Assembly (NCBI GenBank): GCA_964016885.1
Contig: OZ024742.1
Location: forward strand, 286,812,001 to 286,876,000
From: Eledone cirrhosa
Taxonomy: Eukaryota
DNA: 64,000 nt
Reading direction: 5' to 3'
Made by a program: the position numbers and the translations under genes. The notes beneath the pieces were generated by a model. It was given only the letters and a program-made list of their open reading frames with translations. It searched no databases and was not told the origin of the DNA. This document shows positions 18,001 through 36,000 of the stretch, one piece after another; positions within the stretch are counted from its first letter, which is position 1; every line of letters starts with the position of its first letter.

Positions 18001-21000
18001 TACCACAACTAACACATATATTACCATCCTACCACTGTCTTCTACCACAACTAACACATATATAACCATTCTACCCCTGTCTTCTGCCACAACTAACACA
18101 TATATAACCATCCTACCACTGTCTTCTACCACAACTAACACATATATAACCATCCTACCACTGTCTTCTACCACAACTAACACATATATAACCATCCTAC
18201 CACTGTGTTCTACCACAACTAACACATATATAACCATCCCACCACTGTGTTCTACCACAACTAACACATATATAACCATCCTACCACTGTCTTCTACCAC
18301 AACTAACACATATATAACCATCCTACCACTGTCTTCTACCACAACTAACACATATATAACCATACTACCACTGTCTTCTACCACAACTGACACATATATT
18401 ACCATCCTACCAGTGTGTTCTACCACAACTAACACATATATAACCATCCTACCACTGTGTTCTACCACAACTAACACATATATAACCATCCTACCACTGT
18501 CTTCTACCACAACTAACACATATATAACCATCCTTCCACTGTCTTCTACCACAACTAACACATATATAACCATCCTACCACTGTCTTCTACCACAACTAA
18601 CACATATATAACCATCCTACCACTGTATTCTACCACACCCATCCTACCACTATGTTCTACCACAACCATCCTACCACTGTATTCTACCACAACCATCCTA
18701 CCACTCTGTTCTACCACACCCATCCTACCACTGTGTTCAACCACAACCATCCTACCACTGTCTTCTACCACAACTAACACATATATAACCATCCTACCAC
18801 TGTCTTCCACCACAACTAACACATATATACCCATCCTACCACTGTGTTCTACCACAACTAACACATATATAACCATCCTACCACTGTCTTCTACCACAAC
18901 TAACACATATATAACCCTCCTACCACTGTCTTCTACCACAACTAACACATATATAACCATCCTACCACTGTGTTCTACCACAACTAACGAATATATAACC
19001 ATCCTACCACTGTCTTCTACCACAACTAACACATATATAACCATCCTACCACTGTGTTCTACCACAACCATCCTACCACTGTATTCTACCACAACCATCC
19101 TACCACTCTGTTCTACCACACCCATCCTACCACTGTGTTCTACCACAACCATCCTACCACTGTGTTCTAGCACAACCATCCTACCACTGTATTCTACCAC
19201 AACCATCCTACCACTCTGTTCTACCACAACCATCCTACCACTCTGTTCTACCACAATCATCCTACCACTGTATTCTACCACAACCATCCTACCACTGTGT
19301 TCTATCACAGCCATCCTACCACTGTGTTCTACCAAAACCATCCTACCACTGTGTTCTACCACAACCATCCTACCACTCTGTTCTACCACACCCATCCTAA
19401 CACTCTGTTCTACCACACCCATCCTGCCACTATGTTCTACCACAACCATCCTACCACTGTATTCTACCACAACCATCCTACCACTCTGTTCTACCACAAC
19501 CATCCTACCACTCTGTTCTACCACAACCATCCTACCACTGTGTTCTACCACAACCATCCTACCACTGTATTCTACCACAACCATCCTACCACTGTGTTCT
19601 ATCACAGCCATCCTACCACTGTGTTCTACCAAAACCATCCTACCACTGTGTTCTACCACAACCATCCTACCACTCTGTTCTACCACAACCATCCTACCAG
19701 TGTGTTCTACCACAACCATCCTACCACCGTGTTCTACCACAACCATCCTACCACTGTATTCTACCACAACCATCCTACCACTCTGTTCTACCACACCCAT
19801 CCTACCACTATGTTCTACCACAACCATCCTACCAGTGTGTTCTACCACAACCATCCTACCACTGTATTCTACCACAACCATCCTACCACTCTGTTCTACC
19901 ACACCCATCCTACCACTATGTTCTACCACAAACATCCTACCACTCTGTTCTACCACAACCATCCTACCACTGTGTTCTACCACAACCATCCTACCACTGT
20001 GTTCTACCACAACCATCCTACCACTGTATTCTACCACAACCATCCCACCACTGTGTTCTACCACAACCATCCTACCACTGTATTCTACCACACCCATCCT
20101 ACCACTGTGTTCTACCACAACCATCCTACCACTGTATTCTACCACAACCATCCTACCACTGTGTTCTACCACAACCATCCTACAACTCTGTTCTACCACA
20201 ATCATCCTACTACTATGTTCTACCACTGTATTCTACCACAACCATCCCACCAATGTGTTCTACCACAACCATCCTACCACTGTATTCTACCACACCCATC
20301 CTACCACTGTGTTCTACCACAACCATCCTACCACTGTATTCTAACACAACCATCCTACCACTGTGTTCTACCACAACCATCCTACCACTGTGTTCTACCA
20401 CAACCATCCTACGACTGTATTCTACCACACGCATCCTACCACTGTGTTCTACCACAACTAACACATATAAAACCATCCTACCACTGTCTTCTACCACAAC
20501 TAACACATATATAACCATCCTACCACTGTCTTCTAACATAACTAACACACATATAACCATCCTACCACTGTGTTCTACCACAACCATCCTACCACTGTAT
20601 TCTACCACACCCATCCTACCACTATGTTCTACCACAACCATCCTACCACTGTATTCTACCACAACCATCCTACCACTCTGTTCTACCACACCCATCCTAC
20701 CACTGTGTTCAACCACAACCATCCTACCACTGTCTTCTACCACAACTAACACATATATAACCATCCTACCACTGTCTTCTACCACAACTAACACATATAT
20801 AACCATCCTACCACTGTCTTCTACCACAACTAACACATATATAACCATCCTACCACTGTCTTCTACCACAACTAACACATATATAACCATCCTACCACTG
20901 TCTTCTACCACAACTAACACATATATAACCATCCTACCACTGTCGTCTACCACAACTAACACATATATTACCATCCTACCACTGTTTTCTACCACAACTA

Positions 21001-24000
21001 ACACATATATAACCATTCTACCCCTGTCTTCTGCCACAACTAACACATATATAACCATCCTACCACTGTCTTCTACCACAACTAACACATATATAACCAT
21101 CCTACCACTGTCTTCTACCACAACTAACACATATATAACCATCCTACCACTGTGTTCTACCACAACTAACACATATATAACCATCCCACCACTGTGTTCT
21201 ACCACAACTAACACATATATAACCATCCTACCACTGTCTTCTACCACAACTAACACATATATAACCATCCTACCACTGTCTTCTACCACAACTAACACAT
21301 ATATACCCATCCTACCACTGTCTTCTACCACAACTAACACATATATACCCATCATACCACTGTCTTCTACCACAACTAACACATATATAACCATACTACC
21401 ACTGTCTTCTACCACAACTAACACATATATAACCATCCTACCACTGTCTTCTACCACAACTAACACATATATAACCATCCTACCACTGTCTTCTACCACA
21501 ACTAACACATATATAACCATCCTACCACTGTCTTCTACCACAACTAACACATATATAACCATCCTACCACTGTCGTCTACCACAACTAACACATATATTA
21601 CCATCCTACCACTGTTTTCTACCACAACTAACACATATATAACCATTCTACCCCTGTCTTCTGCCACAACTAACACATATATAACCATCCTACCACTGTC
21701 TTCTACCACAACTAACACATATATAACCATCCTACCACTGTCTTCTACCACAACTAACACATATATAACCATCCTACCACTGTGTTCTACCACAACTAAC
21801 ACATATATAACCATCCCACCACTGTGTTCTACCACAACTAACACATATATAACCATCCTACCACTGTCTTCTACCACAACTAACACATATATAACCATCC
21901 TACCACTGTCTTCTACCACAACTAACACATATATACCCATCCTACCACTGTCTTCTACCACAACTAACACATATATACCCATCATACCACTGTCTTCTAC
22001 CACAACTAACACATATATAACCATACTACCACTGTCTTCTACCACAACTAACACATATATAACCATCCTACCACTGTCTTCTACCACAACTAACACATAT
22101 ATAACCATCCTACCACTGTCTTCTACCACAACTAACACATATATAACCATCCTACCACTGTCTTCTACCACAACTAACACATATATAACCATCCTACCAC
22201 TGTCGTCTACCACAACTAACACATATATTACCATCCTACCACTGTTTTCTACCACAACTAACACATATATAACCATTCTACCCCTGTCTTCTGCCACAAC
22301 TAACACATATATAACCATCCTACCACTGTCTTCTACCACAACTAACACATATATAACCATCCTACCACTGTCTTCTACCACAACTAACACATATATAACC
22401 ATCCTACCACTGTGTTCTACCACAACTAACACATATATAACCATCCCACCACTGTGTTCTACCACAACTAACACATATATAACCATCCTACCACTGTCTT
22501 CTACCACAACTAACACATATATAACCATCCTACCACTGTCTTCTACCACAACTAACACACATATACCCATCCTACTACTGTCTTCTACCACAACTAACAC
22601 ATATATACCCATTATACCACTGTCTTCTACCACAACTAACACATATATAACCATACTACCACTGTCTTCTACCACAACTAACACATATATAACCATCCTA
22701 CCACTGTCTTCTACCACAACTAACACATATATACCCATCCTACCACTGTCTTCTACCACAACTAACACATATATACCCATCATACCACTGTCTTCTACCA
22801 CAACTAACAAATATATAACCATCCTACCACTGTCTTCTACCACAACTAACACATATATAACCATACTACCACTGTCTTCTACCACAACTAACACATATAT
22901 TACCATCCTACCAGTGTGTTCTACCACAACTAACACATATATAACCATCCTACCACTGTGTTCTACCACAACTAACACATATATAACCATCCTACCACTG
23001 TCTTCTACCACAACTAACACATATATAACCATCCTTCCACTGTCTTCTACCACAACTAACACATATATAACCATCCTACCACTGTCTTCTACCACAACTA
23101 ACACATATATAACCATCCTACCACTGTCTTCTACCACAACTAACACATATATTACCATACTACCAGTGTGTTCTACCACAACTAACACATATATTACCAT
23201 CCTACCAGTGTGTTCTACCACAACTAACACATATATAACCATCCTACCACTGTCTTCTACCACAACTAACACATATATAACCATCCTACCACTGTCTTCT
23301 ACCACAACTAACACATATATAACCATACTACCACTGTCTTCTACCACAACTAACACATATATTACCATCCTACCAGTGTGTTCTACCACAACTAACACAT
23401 ATATAACCATCCTACCACTGTGTTCTACCACAACTAACACATATATAACCATCCTACCACTGTCTTCTACCACAACTAACACATATATAACCATCCTTCC
23501 ACTGTCTTCTACCACAACTAACACATATATAACCATCCTACCACTGTCTTCTACCACAACTAACACATATATAACCATACTACCACTGTCTTCTACCACA
23601 ACTAACACATATATTACCATCCTACCAGTGTGTTCTACCACAACTAACACATATATTACCATCCTACCAGTGTGTTCTACCACAACTAACACATATATAA
23701 CCATCCTACCACTGTCTTCTACCACAACTAACACATATATAACCATCCTACCACTGTCTTCTACCACAACTAACACATATATAACCATACTACCACTGTC
23801 TTCTACCACAACTAACACATATATTACCATCCTACCAGTGTGTTCTACCACAACTAACACATATATAACCATCCTACCACTGTGTTCTACCACAACTAAC
23901 ACATATATAACCATCCTACCACTGTCTTCTACCACAACTAACACATATATAACCATCCTACCACTGTCTTCTACCACAACTAACACATATATAACCATCC

Positions 24001-27000
24001 TACCACTGTATTCTACCACACCCATCCTACCACTATGTTCTACCACAACCATCCTACCACTGTATTCTACCACAACCATCCTACCACTCTGTTCTACCAC
24101 ACCCATCCTACCACTGTGTTCAACCACAACCATCCTACCACTGTCTTCTACCACAACTAACACATATATAACCATCCTACCACTGTCTTCCACCACAACT
24201 AACACATATATACCCATCCTACCACTGTGTTCTACCACAACTAACACATATATAACCATCCTACCACTGTCTTCTACCACAACTAACACATATATAACCA
24301 TCCTACCACTGTCTTCTACCACAACTAACACATATATAACCATCCTACCACTGTCTTCTACCACAACTAACACATATATAACCATCCTACCACTGTCTTC
24401 TACCACAACTAACACATATATAACCATCCTACCACTGTCGTCTACCACAACTAACACATATATTACCATCCTACCACTGTCTTCTACCACAACTAACACA
24501 TATATAACCATTCTACCCCTGTCTTCTGCCACAACTAACACATATATAACCATCCTACCACTGTCTTCTACCACAACTAACACATATATAACCATCCTAC
24601 CACTGTCTTCTACCACAACTAACACATATATAACCATCCTACCACTGTGTTCTACCACAACTAACACATATATAACCATCCCACCACTGTGTTCTACCAC
24701 AACTAACACATATATAACCATCCTACCACTGTCTTCTACCACAACTAACACATATATAACCATCCTACCACTGTCTTCTACCACAACTAACACATATATA
24801 ACCATACTACCACTGTCTTCTACCACAACTAACACATATATTACCATCCTACCAGTGTGTTCTACCACAACTAACACATATATAACCATCCTACCACTGT
24901 GTTCTACCACAACTAACACATATATAACCATCCTACCACTGTCTTCTACCACAACTAACACATATATAACCATCCTTCCACTGTCTTCTACCACAACTAA
25001 CACATATATAACCATCCTACCACTGTCTTCTACCACAACTAACACATATATAACCATCCTACCACTGTCTTCTACCACAACTAACACATATATAACCATC
25101 CTACCCCTGTCTTCTACCACAACTAACACATATATAACCATCCTTCCACTGTCTTCTACCACAACTAACACATATATAACCATCCTACCACTGTGTTCTG
25201 CCACAACTAACACATATATAACCATCCTACCACCGTCTTCTACCACAACTAACACATATATACCCATCCTACCACTGTGTTCTACCACAACTAACACATA
25301 TATAACCATCCTACCACTGTCTTCTACCACAACTAACACATATATACCCATCCTACCACTGTGTTCTACCACAACTAACACATATATAACCATCCAACCA
25401 CTGTGTTCTACCACAACTAACACATATATAACCATCCTATCACTGTGTTCTACCACAACTAACACATATATAACCATCCTACCACTGTGTTCTACCACAA
25501 CTAACACACTTATAACCATCCTACCACTGACTTCTACCACAACTAACACATATATACGCATCCTACCACTGTGTTCTACCACAACTAACACATATATAAC
25601 CATCCTACCACTGTCTTCTACCACAACTAACACATATATACCCATCCTACCACTGTGTTCTACCACAACTAACACATAAATAACCATCCTACCACTGTGT
25701 TCTACCACAACTAACACATATATAACCATCCTACCACTGTCTTCTACCACAACTAACACATATATAACCATCCTACCACTGTCTTCTACCACAACTAACA
25801 CATATATAACCATCCTACCACTGTCTTCTACCACAACTAACACATATATAACCATCCTACCACTGTGTTCTACCACAACTATCCTACCACTGTATTCTAC
25901 TACAAACATCCTACCACTCTGTTCTACCACACCCATCCTACCACTGTGTTCTACCACAACCATCCTACCACTGTGTTCTACCACAACCATCCTACCACTC
26001 TGTTCTACCACAACCATCCCACCACTGTGTTCTACCACAACCATCCTACCACAACCATCCTACCACTCTGTTCTACCACACCCATCCTACCACTCTGTTC
26101 TACCACAACCATCCTACCACTCTGTTCTACCACAACCATCCCACCACTGTGTTCTACCACAACCATCCTACCACAACCATCCTACCACTCTGTTCTACCA
26201 CAACCATCCTACCACTGTATTCTACTACAACCATCCTACCACTCTGTTCTACCACAACCATCCTACCACTGTATTCTACTACAACCATCCTACCACTCTC
26301 TTCTACCACAACCATCCTACCACTGTATTCTACCACAACCATCCTACCACTATGTTCTACCACAACCATCCTACCACTGTGTTCTACCACAACCATCCTA
26401 CCACTGTGTTCTACCGCAACCATCCTACCACTGTATTCTACCACAACCATCCTACCACTCTGTTCTACCACAACCATCCTACCACTGTGTTCTATCACAG
26501 CCATCCTACCACTGTGTTCTACCCAAACCATCCTACCACTCTGTTCTACCACAACCATCCTACCACTCTGTTCTACCACAACCATCCTACCACTGTATTC
26601 TACCACAACCATCCTACCACTCTGTTCTACCACACCCATCCTACCACTATGTCCTACTACAACCATCCTACCACTGTGTTCTACCACAACCATTCTACCA
26701 CTGTATTCTACCACAACCATCCTACCACTCTGTTCTACCACAAACATCCTACCACTATGTTCTACCACAACCATCCTACCACTCTGTTCTACCACAACCA
26801 TCCTACCACTGTATTCTACCACAACCATCCTACGACTAGGTTCTACCTCAACCATCCTACCACTCTGTTCTACCACAACCATCCTACCACAACCATCCTA
26901 CCACTCTGTTCTACCACACCCATCCTACCACTGTCTTCTACCACAACTAACACATATATAACCATCCTACCACTGTATTCTACCACAACCATCCTACCAC

Positions 27001-30000
27001 TGTATTCTACCACAACCATCCTACCACTCTGTTCTACCACACCCATCCTACCACTGTGTTCAACCACAACCATCCTACCACTGTGTTCTACCACAACCAT
27101 CCTCCCACTCTGTTCTACCACAACCACCCTACCAGTCTGTTCTACCACAACCATCCTACGACTGTGTTCTACCACAACCATCCTACCACTCTGTTCTACC
27201 ACAACCATCCTACCACAACCATCCTACCACTCTGTTCTACCACACCCATCCTACCACTGTGTTCTACCACAACCATCCTACCACTGTGTTCTACCGCAAC
27301 CATCCTACCACTCTGTTCTACCACAACCATCGTACCACTGTGTTCTACCACAATCATCCTACCACTGTGTTCTACCACAACCATCCTACCACTCTGTTGT
27401 ACCACAACCATCCTACCACTGTGTTCTACCACAACCATCCTACCACTGTATTCTACCACAACCATCCTACCACTCTGTTCTACCACACCCATCCTACCAC
27501 TATGTTCTACCACAACCATCCTATCACTGTGTTCTACCACTGTGTTCTACCACATCCATCCTACCAGTCTGTTCTACCACAACCATCCTACCACTGTGTT
27601 CTACCACAACCATCCTACCACTCTGTTCTACCACAACCATCTTACCACAACCATCCTACCACTCTGTTCTACCACACCCATCCTATCACTGTGTTCTACC
27701 ACAACCATGATACCACTTTGTTCTACCACAACCATCCTACCACTGTGTTCTACCACAACCATCCTACCACTGTGTTCTACCACAAGCATCCTACCACTGT
27801 GTTCTACCACAACCATCCTACCACTGTGTTCTACCACAACCATCCTACCACTGTGTTCTACCACAACCATCCTACCACTGTATTCTACCACAACCATCCT
27901 ACCACTCTGTTCTACCACCCCCATCCTACCACTATGTTCTACCACAACCATCCTACTACTATGTTCTACCACTGTGTTCTACCACATCCATCCTACCACT
28001 ATGTTCTACCACAACCATCCTACTACTATGTTCTACCACTGTGTTCTACCACAACCATCCTACCACTGTGTTCTACCACACCCATCCTACCACTCTGTTC
28101 TACCACACCCATCCTACCACTGTGTTCTACCACAACCATCCTACCACTCTGTTCTACCACAACCATCTTACCACTCTGTTCTACCACAACCATCCTACCA
28201 CTGTGTTCTACCACAACCATCCTACCACTCTCTTCTTCCACAACCATCCTACCACTCTGTTCTACCACAACCATCCTACCACTGTGTTCTACCACAACCA
28301 TCCTACCACTGTATTCTACCACAACCATCCTACCACTCTGTTCTATCACAGCCATACTACCACTGTGTTCTACCACAACCATCCTACCACTCTCTTCTTC
28401 CACAACCATCCTACCACTCTGTTCTACCACAACCATCCTACCACTCTGTTCTACCACACCCATCCTACCACTGTGTTCTACCACAACCATCCTACCACTC
28501 TCTTCTTCCACAACCATCCTACCACTCTGTTCTACCACAACCATCCTACCACTGTGTTCTACCACAACCATCCTACCACTCTGTTCTACCACAACCATCC
28601 TACCACTCTGTTCTACCACAACCATCCTACCACTATGTTCTACCACAACCATCCTACTACTATGTTCTACCACTGTGTTCTACCACATCCATCCTACCAC
28701 TGTGTTCTACCACAACCATTCTACCACTGTGTTCTACCACAACCATCCTACCACTCTGTTCTACCACACCCATGCTACCACTGTGTTCTACCACATCCAT
28801 CCTACCACTGTGTTCTACCACAACCATCCTACCACTCTGTTCTATCACAACTATCCTACCACTCTGTTCTACCACAACCATCCTACCACTGTGTTCTACC
28901 ACAACCATCCTACCACTGTGTTCTACCACAACCATCCTACCACTGTATTCTACCACAACCATCGTACCCCTGTGTTCTACCACACCCATCCACCACTATG
29001 TTCTACCACAACCATCCTACCACTGTATTCTACCACAACCATCCTACCACTGTATTCTACCACAACCATCCTACCACTGTATTCTACCACAACCATCGTA
29101 CCCCTGTGTTCTACCACACCCATCCACCACTATGTTCTACCACAACCATCCTACCACTGTGTTCTACCACAACCATCCTACCACTCTGTTCTATCACAGC
29201 CATACTACCACTGTGTTCTACCACAACCATCCTACCACTGTGTTCTACCACAACCATCCTACCACTCTGTTCTACCGCAACCATCCTACCACTGTGTTCT
29301 ACCACAACCATCCTACCACTCTGTTCTATCACAGCCATACTACCACTGTGTTCTACCACAACCATCCTACCACTGTGTTCTACCACAACCATCCTACCAC
29401 TCTGTTCTATCACAGCCATACTACCACTGTGTTCTACCACAACCATCCTACCACTGTGTTCTACCACAACCATCCTACCACTCTGTTCTACCACAACCAT
29501 CCTACCACTCTTTTCTATCACAACCATCCTACCACTGTGTTCTACCACAACCATCCTACCACTCTGTTCTATCACAACCATCCTACAACTCTGTTCTACC
29601 ACAACCATCCTACCACTCAGTTCTATCACAACCATCCTACCACTCTGTTCTACCACAACCATCCTACCACTGTATTCTACCACAACCATCCTACCACTCT
29701 GTTCTACCACACCCATCCTACCACTATGTCCTACTACAACCATCCTACCACTGTGTTCTACCACAACCATTCTACCACTGTATTCTACCACAACCATCCT
29801 ACCACTCTGTTCTACCACAAACATCCTACCACTATGTTCTACCACAACCATCCTACCACTCTGTTCTACCACAACCATCCTACCACTGTATTCTACCACA
29901 ACCATCCTACGACTAGGTTCTACCACAACCATCCTACCACTCTGTTCTACCACAACCATCCTACCACAACCATCCTACCACTCTGTTCTACCACACCCAT

Positions 30001-33000
30001 CCTACCACTGTCTTCTACCACAACTAACACATATATAACCATCCTACCACTGTATTCTACCACAACCATCCTACCACTGTATTCTACCACAACCATCCTA
30101 CCACTCTGTTCTACCACACCCATCCTACCACTGTGTTCAACCACAACCATCCTACCACTGTGTTCTACCACAACCATCCTCCCACTCTGTTCTACCACAA
30201 CCACCCTACCAGTCTGTTCTACCACAACCATCCTACGACTGTGTTCTACCACAACCATCCTACTACTCTGTTCTACCACAACCATCCTACCACAACCATC
30301 CTACCACTCTGTTCTACCACACCCATCCTACCACTGTGTTCTACCACAACCATCCTACCACTGTGTTCTACCGCAACCATCCTACCACTCTGTTCTACCA
30401 CAACCATCGTACCACTGTGTTCTACCACAAGCATCCTACCACTGTGTTCTACCACAACCATCCTACCACTCTGTTCTACCACAACCATCCTACCACTGTG
30501 TTCTACCACAACCATCCTACCACTGTATTCTACCACAACCATCCTACCACTCTGTTCTACCACACCCATCCTACCACTATGTTCTACCACAACCATCCTA
30601 TCACTGTGTTCTACCACTGTGTTCTACCACATCCATCCTACCAGTCTGTTCTACCACAACCATCCTACCACTGTGTTCTACCACAACCATCCTACCACTC
30701 TGTTCTACCACAACCATCTTACCACAACCATCCTACCACTCTGTTCTACCACACCCATCCTATCACTGTGTTCTACCACAACCATGATACCACTTTGTTC
30801 TACCACAACCATCCTACCACTGTGTTCTACCACAACCATCCTACCACTGTGTTCTACCACAAGCATCCTACCACTGTGTTCTACCACAACCATCCTACCA
30901 CTGTGTTCTACCACAACCATCCTACCACTGTGTTCTACCACAACCATCCTACCACTGTATTCTACCACAACCATCCTACCACTCTGTTCTACCACCCCCA
31001 TCCTACCACTATGTTCTACCACAACCATCCTACTACTATGTTCTACCACTGTGTTCTACCACATCCATCCTACCACTATGTTCTACCACAACCATCCTAC
31101 TACTATGTTCTACCACTGTGTTCTACCACAACCATCCTACCACTGTGTTCTACCACACCCATCCTACCACTGTGTTCTACCACAACCATCCTACCACTCT
31201 GTTCTACCACAACCATCCTACCACTGTGTTCTAGCACAACCATCCTACCACTGTGTTCTACCACAACCATCCTACCACTCTCTTCTTCCACAACCATCCT
31301 ACCACTCTGTTCTACCACAACCATCCTACCACTGTGTTCTACCACAACCATCCTACCACTGTATTCTACCACAACCATCCTACCACTCTGTTCTATCACA
31401 GCCATACTACCACTGTGTTCTACCACAACCATCCTACCACTCTCTTCTTCCACAACCATCCTACCACTCTGTTCTACCACAACCATCCTACCACTCTGTT
31501 CTACCACACCCATCCTACCACTGTGTTCTACCACAACCATCCTACCACTCTCTTCTTCCACAACCATCCTACCACTCTGTTCTACCACAACCATCCTACC
31601 ACTGTGTTCTACCACAACCATCCTACCACTCTGTTCTACCACAACCATCCTACCACTCTGTTCTACCACAACCATCCTACCACTATGTTCTACCACAACC
31701 ATCCTACTACTATGTTCTACCACTGTGTTCTACCACATCCATCCTACCACTGTGTTCTACCACAACCATTCTACCACTGTGTTCTACCACAACCATCCTA
31801 CCACTCTGTTCTACCACACCCATGCTACCACTGTGTTCTACCACATCCATCCTACCACTGTGTTCTACCACAACCATCCTACCACTCTGTTCTATCACAA
31901 CTATCCTACCACTCTGTTCTACCACAACCATCCTACCACTGTGTTCTACCACAACCATCCTACCACTGTGTTCTACCACAACCATCCTACCACTGTATTC
32001 TACCACAACCATCGTACCCCTGTGTTCTACCACACCCATCCACCACTATGTTCTACCACAACCATCCTACCACTGTATTCTACCACAACCATCCTACCAC
32101 TGTATTCTACCACAACCATCCTACCACTGTATTCTACCACAACCATCGTACCCCTGTGTTCTACCACACCCATCCACCACTATGTTCTACCACAACCATC
32201 CTACCACTGTGTTCTACCACAACCATCCTACCACTCTGTTCTATCACAGCCATACTACCACTGTGTTCTACCACAACCATCCTACCACTGTGTTCTACCA
32301 CAACCATCCTACCACTCTGTTCTACCGCAACCATCCTACCACTGTGTTCTACCACAACCATCCTACCACTCTGTTCTATCACAGCCATACTACCACTGTG
32401 TTCTACCACAACCATCCTACCACTCTGTTCTACCACAACCATCCTACCACTCTTTTCTATCACAACCATCCTACCACTCTGTTCTACCACAATCATCCTA
32501 CCACTGTGTTCTACCACAACCATCCTACCACTCTGTTCTATCACAACCATCCTACCACTCTGTTCTACCACAACCATCCTACCACTCTGTTCTATCACAA
32601 CCATCCTACCACTCTGTTCTACCACAACCATCCTACCACTGTATTCTACCACAACCATCCTACCACTCTGTTCTACCACAACCATCCTACCACTCTGTTC
32701 TACCACAACCATCCTACCACTGTATTCTACCACAACCATCCTACGACTGTATTCTACCACAACCATCCTACCACTGTATTCTACCACAAGCATCCTACCA
32801 CTGTGTTCTACCACAACCATCCTACCACTCTGTTCTACCACAACCATCCTACCACTGTGTTCTACCACAACCATCCTACCACTCTGTTCTACCACAACCA
32901 TCCTACCACTCTGTTCTACCACAACCATCCTACCACTGTATTCTACCACAACCATCCTACCACTGTGTTCTACCACAACCATCCTACCACTGTATTCTAC

Positions 33001-36000
33001 CACAACCATCCTACCACTCTGTTCTACCACAACCATCCTACCACTGTATTCTACCACAACCATCCTACCACTGTGTTCTACCACAACCATCCTACCACTG
33101 TATTCTACCACAACCATCCTACCACTCTGTTCTACCACACCCATCCTACCGCTCTGTTCTACCACAACCATCCTACCACTGTATTCTACCACAACCATCC
33201 TACCACTGTATTCTACCACAACCATCCTACCACTGTGTTCTACCACAACCATCCTACCACTGTATTCTACCACAACCATCCTACCACTCTGTTCTACCAC
33301 ACCCATCCTACCGCTCTGTTCTACCACACCCATACTACCACTGTGTTCTACCACACCCATCCTACCACTGTATTCTACCACAACCATTCTACCACTCTGT
33401 TCTACCACAACCATCCTACCACTCTGTTCTATCACAGCCATACTACCACTGTGTTCTACCACAACCATCCTACCACTCTGTTCTATCACAGCCATCCTAC
33501 CACTGTGTTCTACCAAAACCATCCTACCACTCTGTTCTACCACAACCATCCTACCACTCTGTTCTACCACAACCATCCTACCACTGTATTCTACCACAAC
33601 CATCCTACCACTCTGTTCTACCACACCCATCCTACCACTATGTCCTACTACAACCATCCTACCACTGTGTTCTACCACAACCATTCTACCACTGTATTCT
33701 ACCACAACCATCCTACCACTCTGTTCTACCACAAACATCCTACCACTATGTTCTACCACAACCATCCTACCACTCTGTTCTACCACAACCATCCTAACAC
33801 TGTATTCTACCACAACCATCCTACGACTAGGTTCTACCACAACCATCCTACCACTCTGTTCTACCACAACCATCCTACCACAACCATCCTACCACTCTGT
33901 TCTACCACACCCATCCTACCACTGTCTTCTACCACAACTAACACATATATAACCATCCTGCCACTGTCTTCTAATATAACTAACACATATATAACCATCC
34001 TACCACTGTATTCTACCACAACCATCCTACCACTGTATTCTACCACAACCATCCTACCACTCTGTTCTACCACACCCATCCTACCACTGTGTTCAACCAC
34101 AACCATCCTACCACTGTATTCTACCACACCCATCCTACCACTGTGTTCAACCACAACCATCCTACCACTGTGTTCTACCACAACCATCCTCCCACTCTGT
34201 TCTACCACAACCACCCTACCAGTCTGTTCTACCACAGCCATCCTACGACTGTGTTCTACCACAACCATCCTACCACTCTGTTCTACCACAACCATCCTAC
34301 CACAACCATCCTACCACTCTGTTCTACCACACCCATCCTGCCACTGTGTTCTACCACAACCATCCTACCACTGTGTTCTACCACAACCATCCTACCACTC
34401 TGTTCTACCACAACCATCGTACCACTGTGTTCTACCACAAGCATCCTACCACTGTGTTCTACCACAACCATCCTACCACTCTGTTCTACCACAACCATCC
34501 TACCACTGTGTTCTACCACAACCATCCTACCACTGTATTCTACCACAACCATCCTACCACTCTGTTCTACCACACCCATCCTACCACTATGTTCTACCAC
34601 AACCATCCTATCACTGTGTTCTACCACTGTGTTCTACCACATCCATCCTACCAGTCTGTTCTACCACAACCATCCTACCACTGTGTTCTACCACAACCAT
34701 CCTACCACTCTGTTCTACCACAACCATCTTACCACAACCATCCTACCACTCTGTTCTACCACACCCATCCTATCACTGTGTTCTACCACAACCATGATAC
34801 CACTTTGTTCTACCACAACCATCCTACCACTGTGTTCTACCACAACCATCCTACCACTGTGTTCTACCACAAGCATTCTACCACTGTGTTCTACCACAAC
34901 CATCCTACCACTGTGTTCTACCACAACCATCCTACCACTCTGTTCTACCACAACCATCCTACCACTGTGTTCTACCACAACCATCCTACCACTGTATTCT
35001 ACCACAACCATCCTACCACTCTGTTCTACCACCCCCATCCTACCACTATGTTCTACCACAACCATCCTACTACTATGTTCTACCACTGTGTTCTACCACA
35101 TCCATCCTACCACTATGTTCTACCACAACCATCCTACTACTATGTTCTACCACTGTGTTCTACCACAACCATCCTACCACTGTGTTCTACCACAACCATC
35201 CTACCACAGTGTTCTACCACAACCATCCTACCACTCTGTTCTACCACACCCATCCTACCACTGTGTTCTACCACAACCATCCTACCACTGTGTTCTACCA
35301 CAACCATCCTACCACTGTATTCTACCACTACCATCGTACCCCTGTGTTCTACCACACCCATCCACCACTATGTTCTACCACAACCATCCTACCACTGTGT
35401 TCTACCACAACCATCCTACCACTGTGTTCTACCACAACCATCCTACCACTCTCTTCTTCCACAACCATCCTACCACTCTGTTCTACCACAACCATCCTAC
35501 CACTGTGTTCTACCACAACCATCCTACCACTGTATTCTACCACAACCATCCTACCACTCTGTTCTACCACACCCATCCTACCACTGTATTCTACCACAAC
35601 CATCCTACCACTATGTTCTACCACAACCATCCTACTACTATGTTCTACCACTGTGTTCTACCACATCCATCCTACCACTGTGTTCTACCACAACCATTCT
35701 ACCACTGTGTTCTACCACAACCATCCTACCACTCTGTTCTACCACAGCCATGCTACCACTGTTCTACCACATCCATCCTACCACTGTGTTCTACCACAAC
35801 CATCCTACCACTCTGTTCTACCACAACTATCCTACCACTCTGTTCTACCACAACCATCCTACCACTGTGTTCTACCACAACCATCCTACCACTGTGTTCT
35901 ACCACAACCATCCTACCACTGTATTCTACCACAACCATCGTACCCCTGTGTTCTACCACACCCATCCACCACTATGTTCTACCACAACCATCCTACCACT

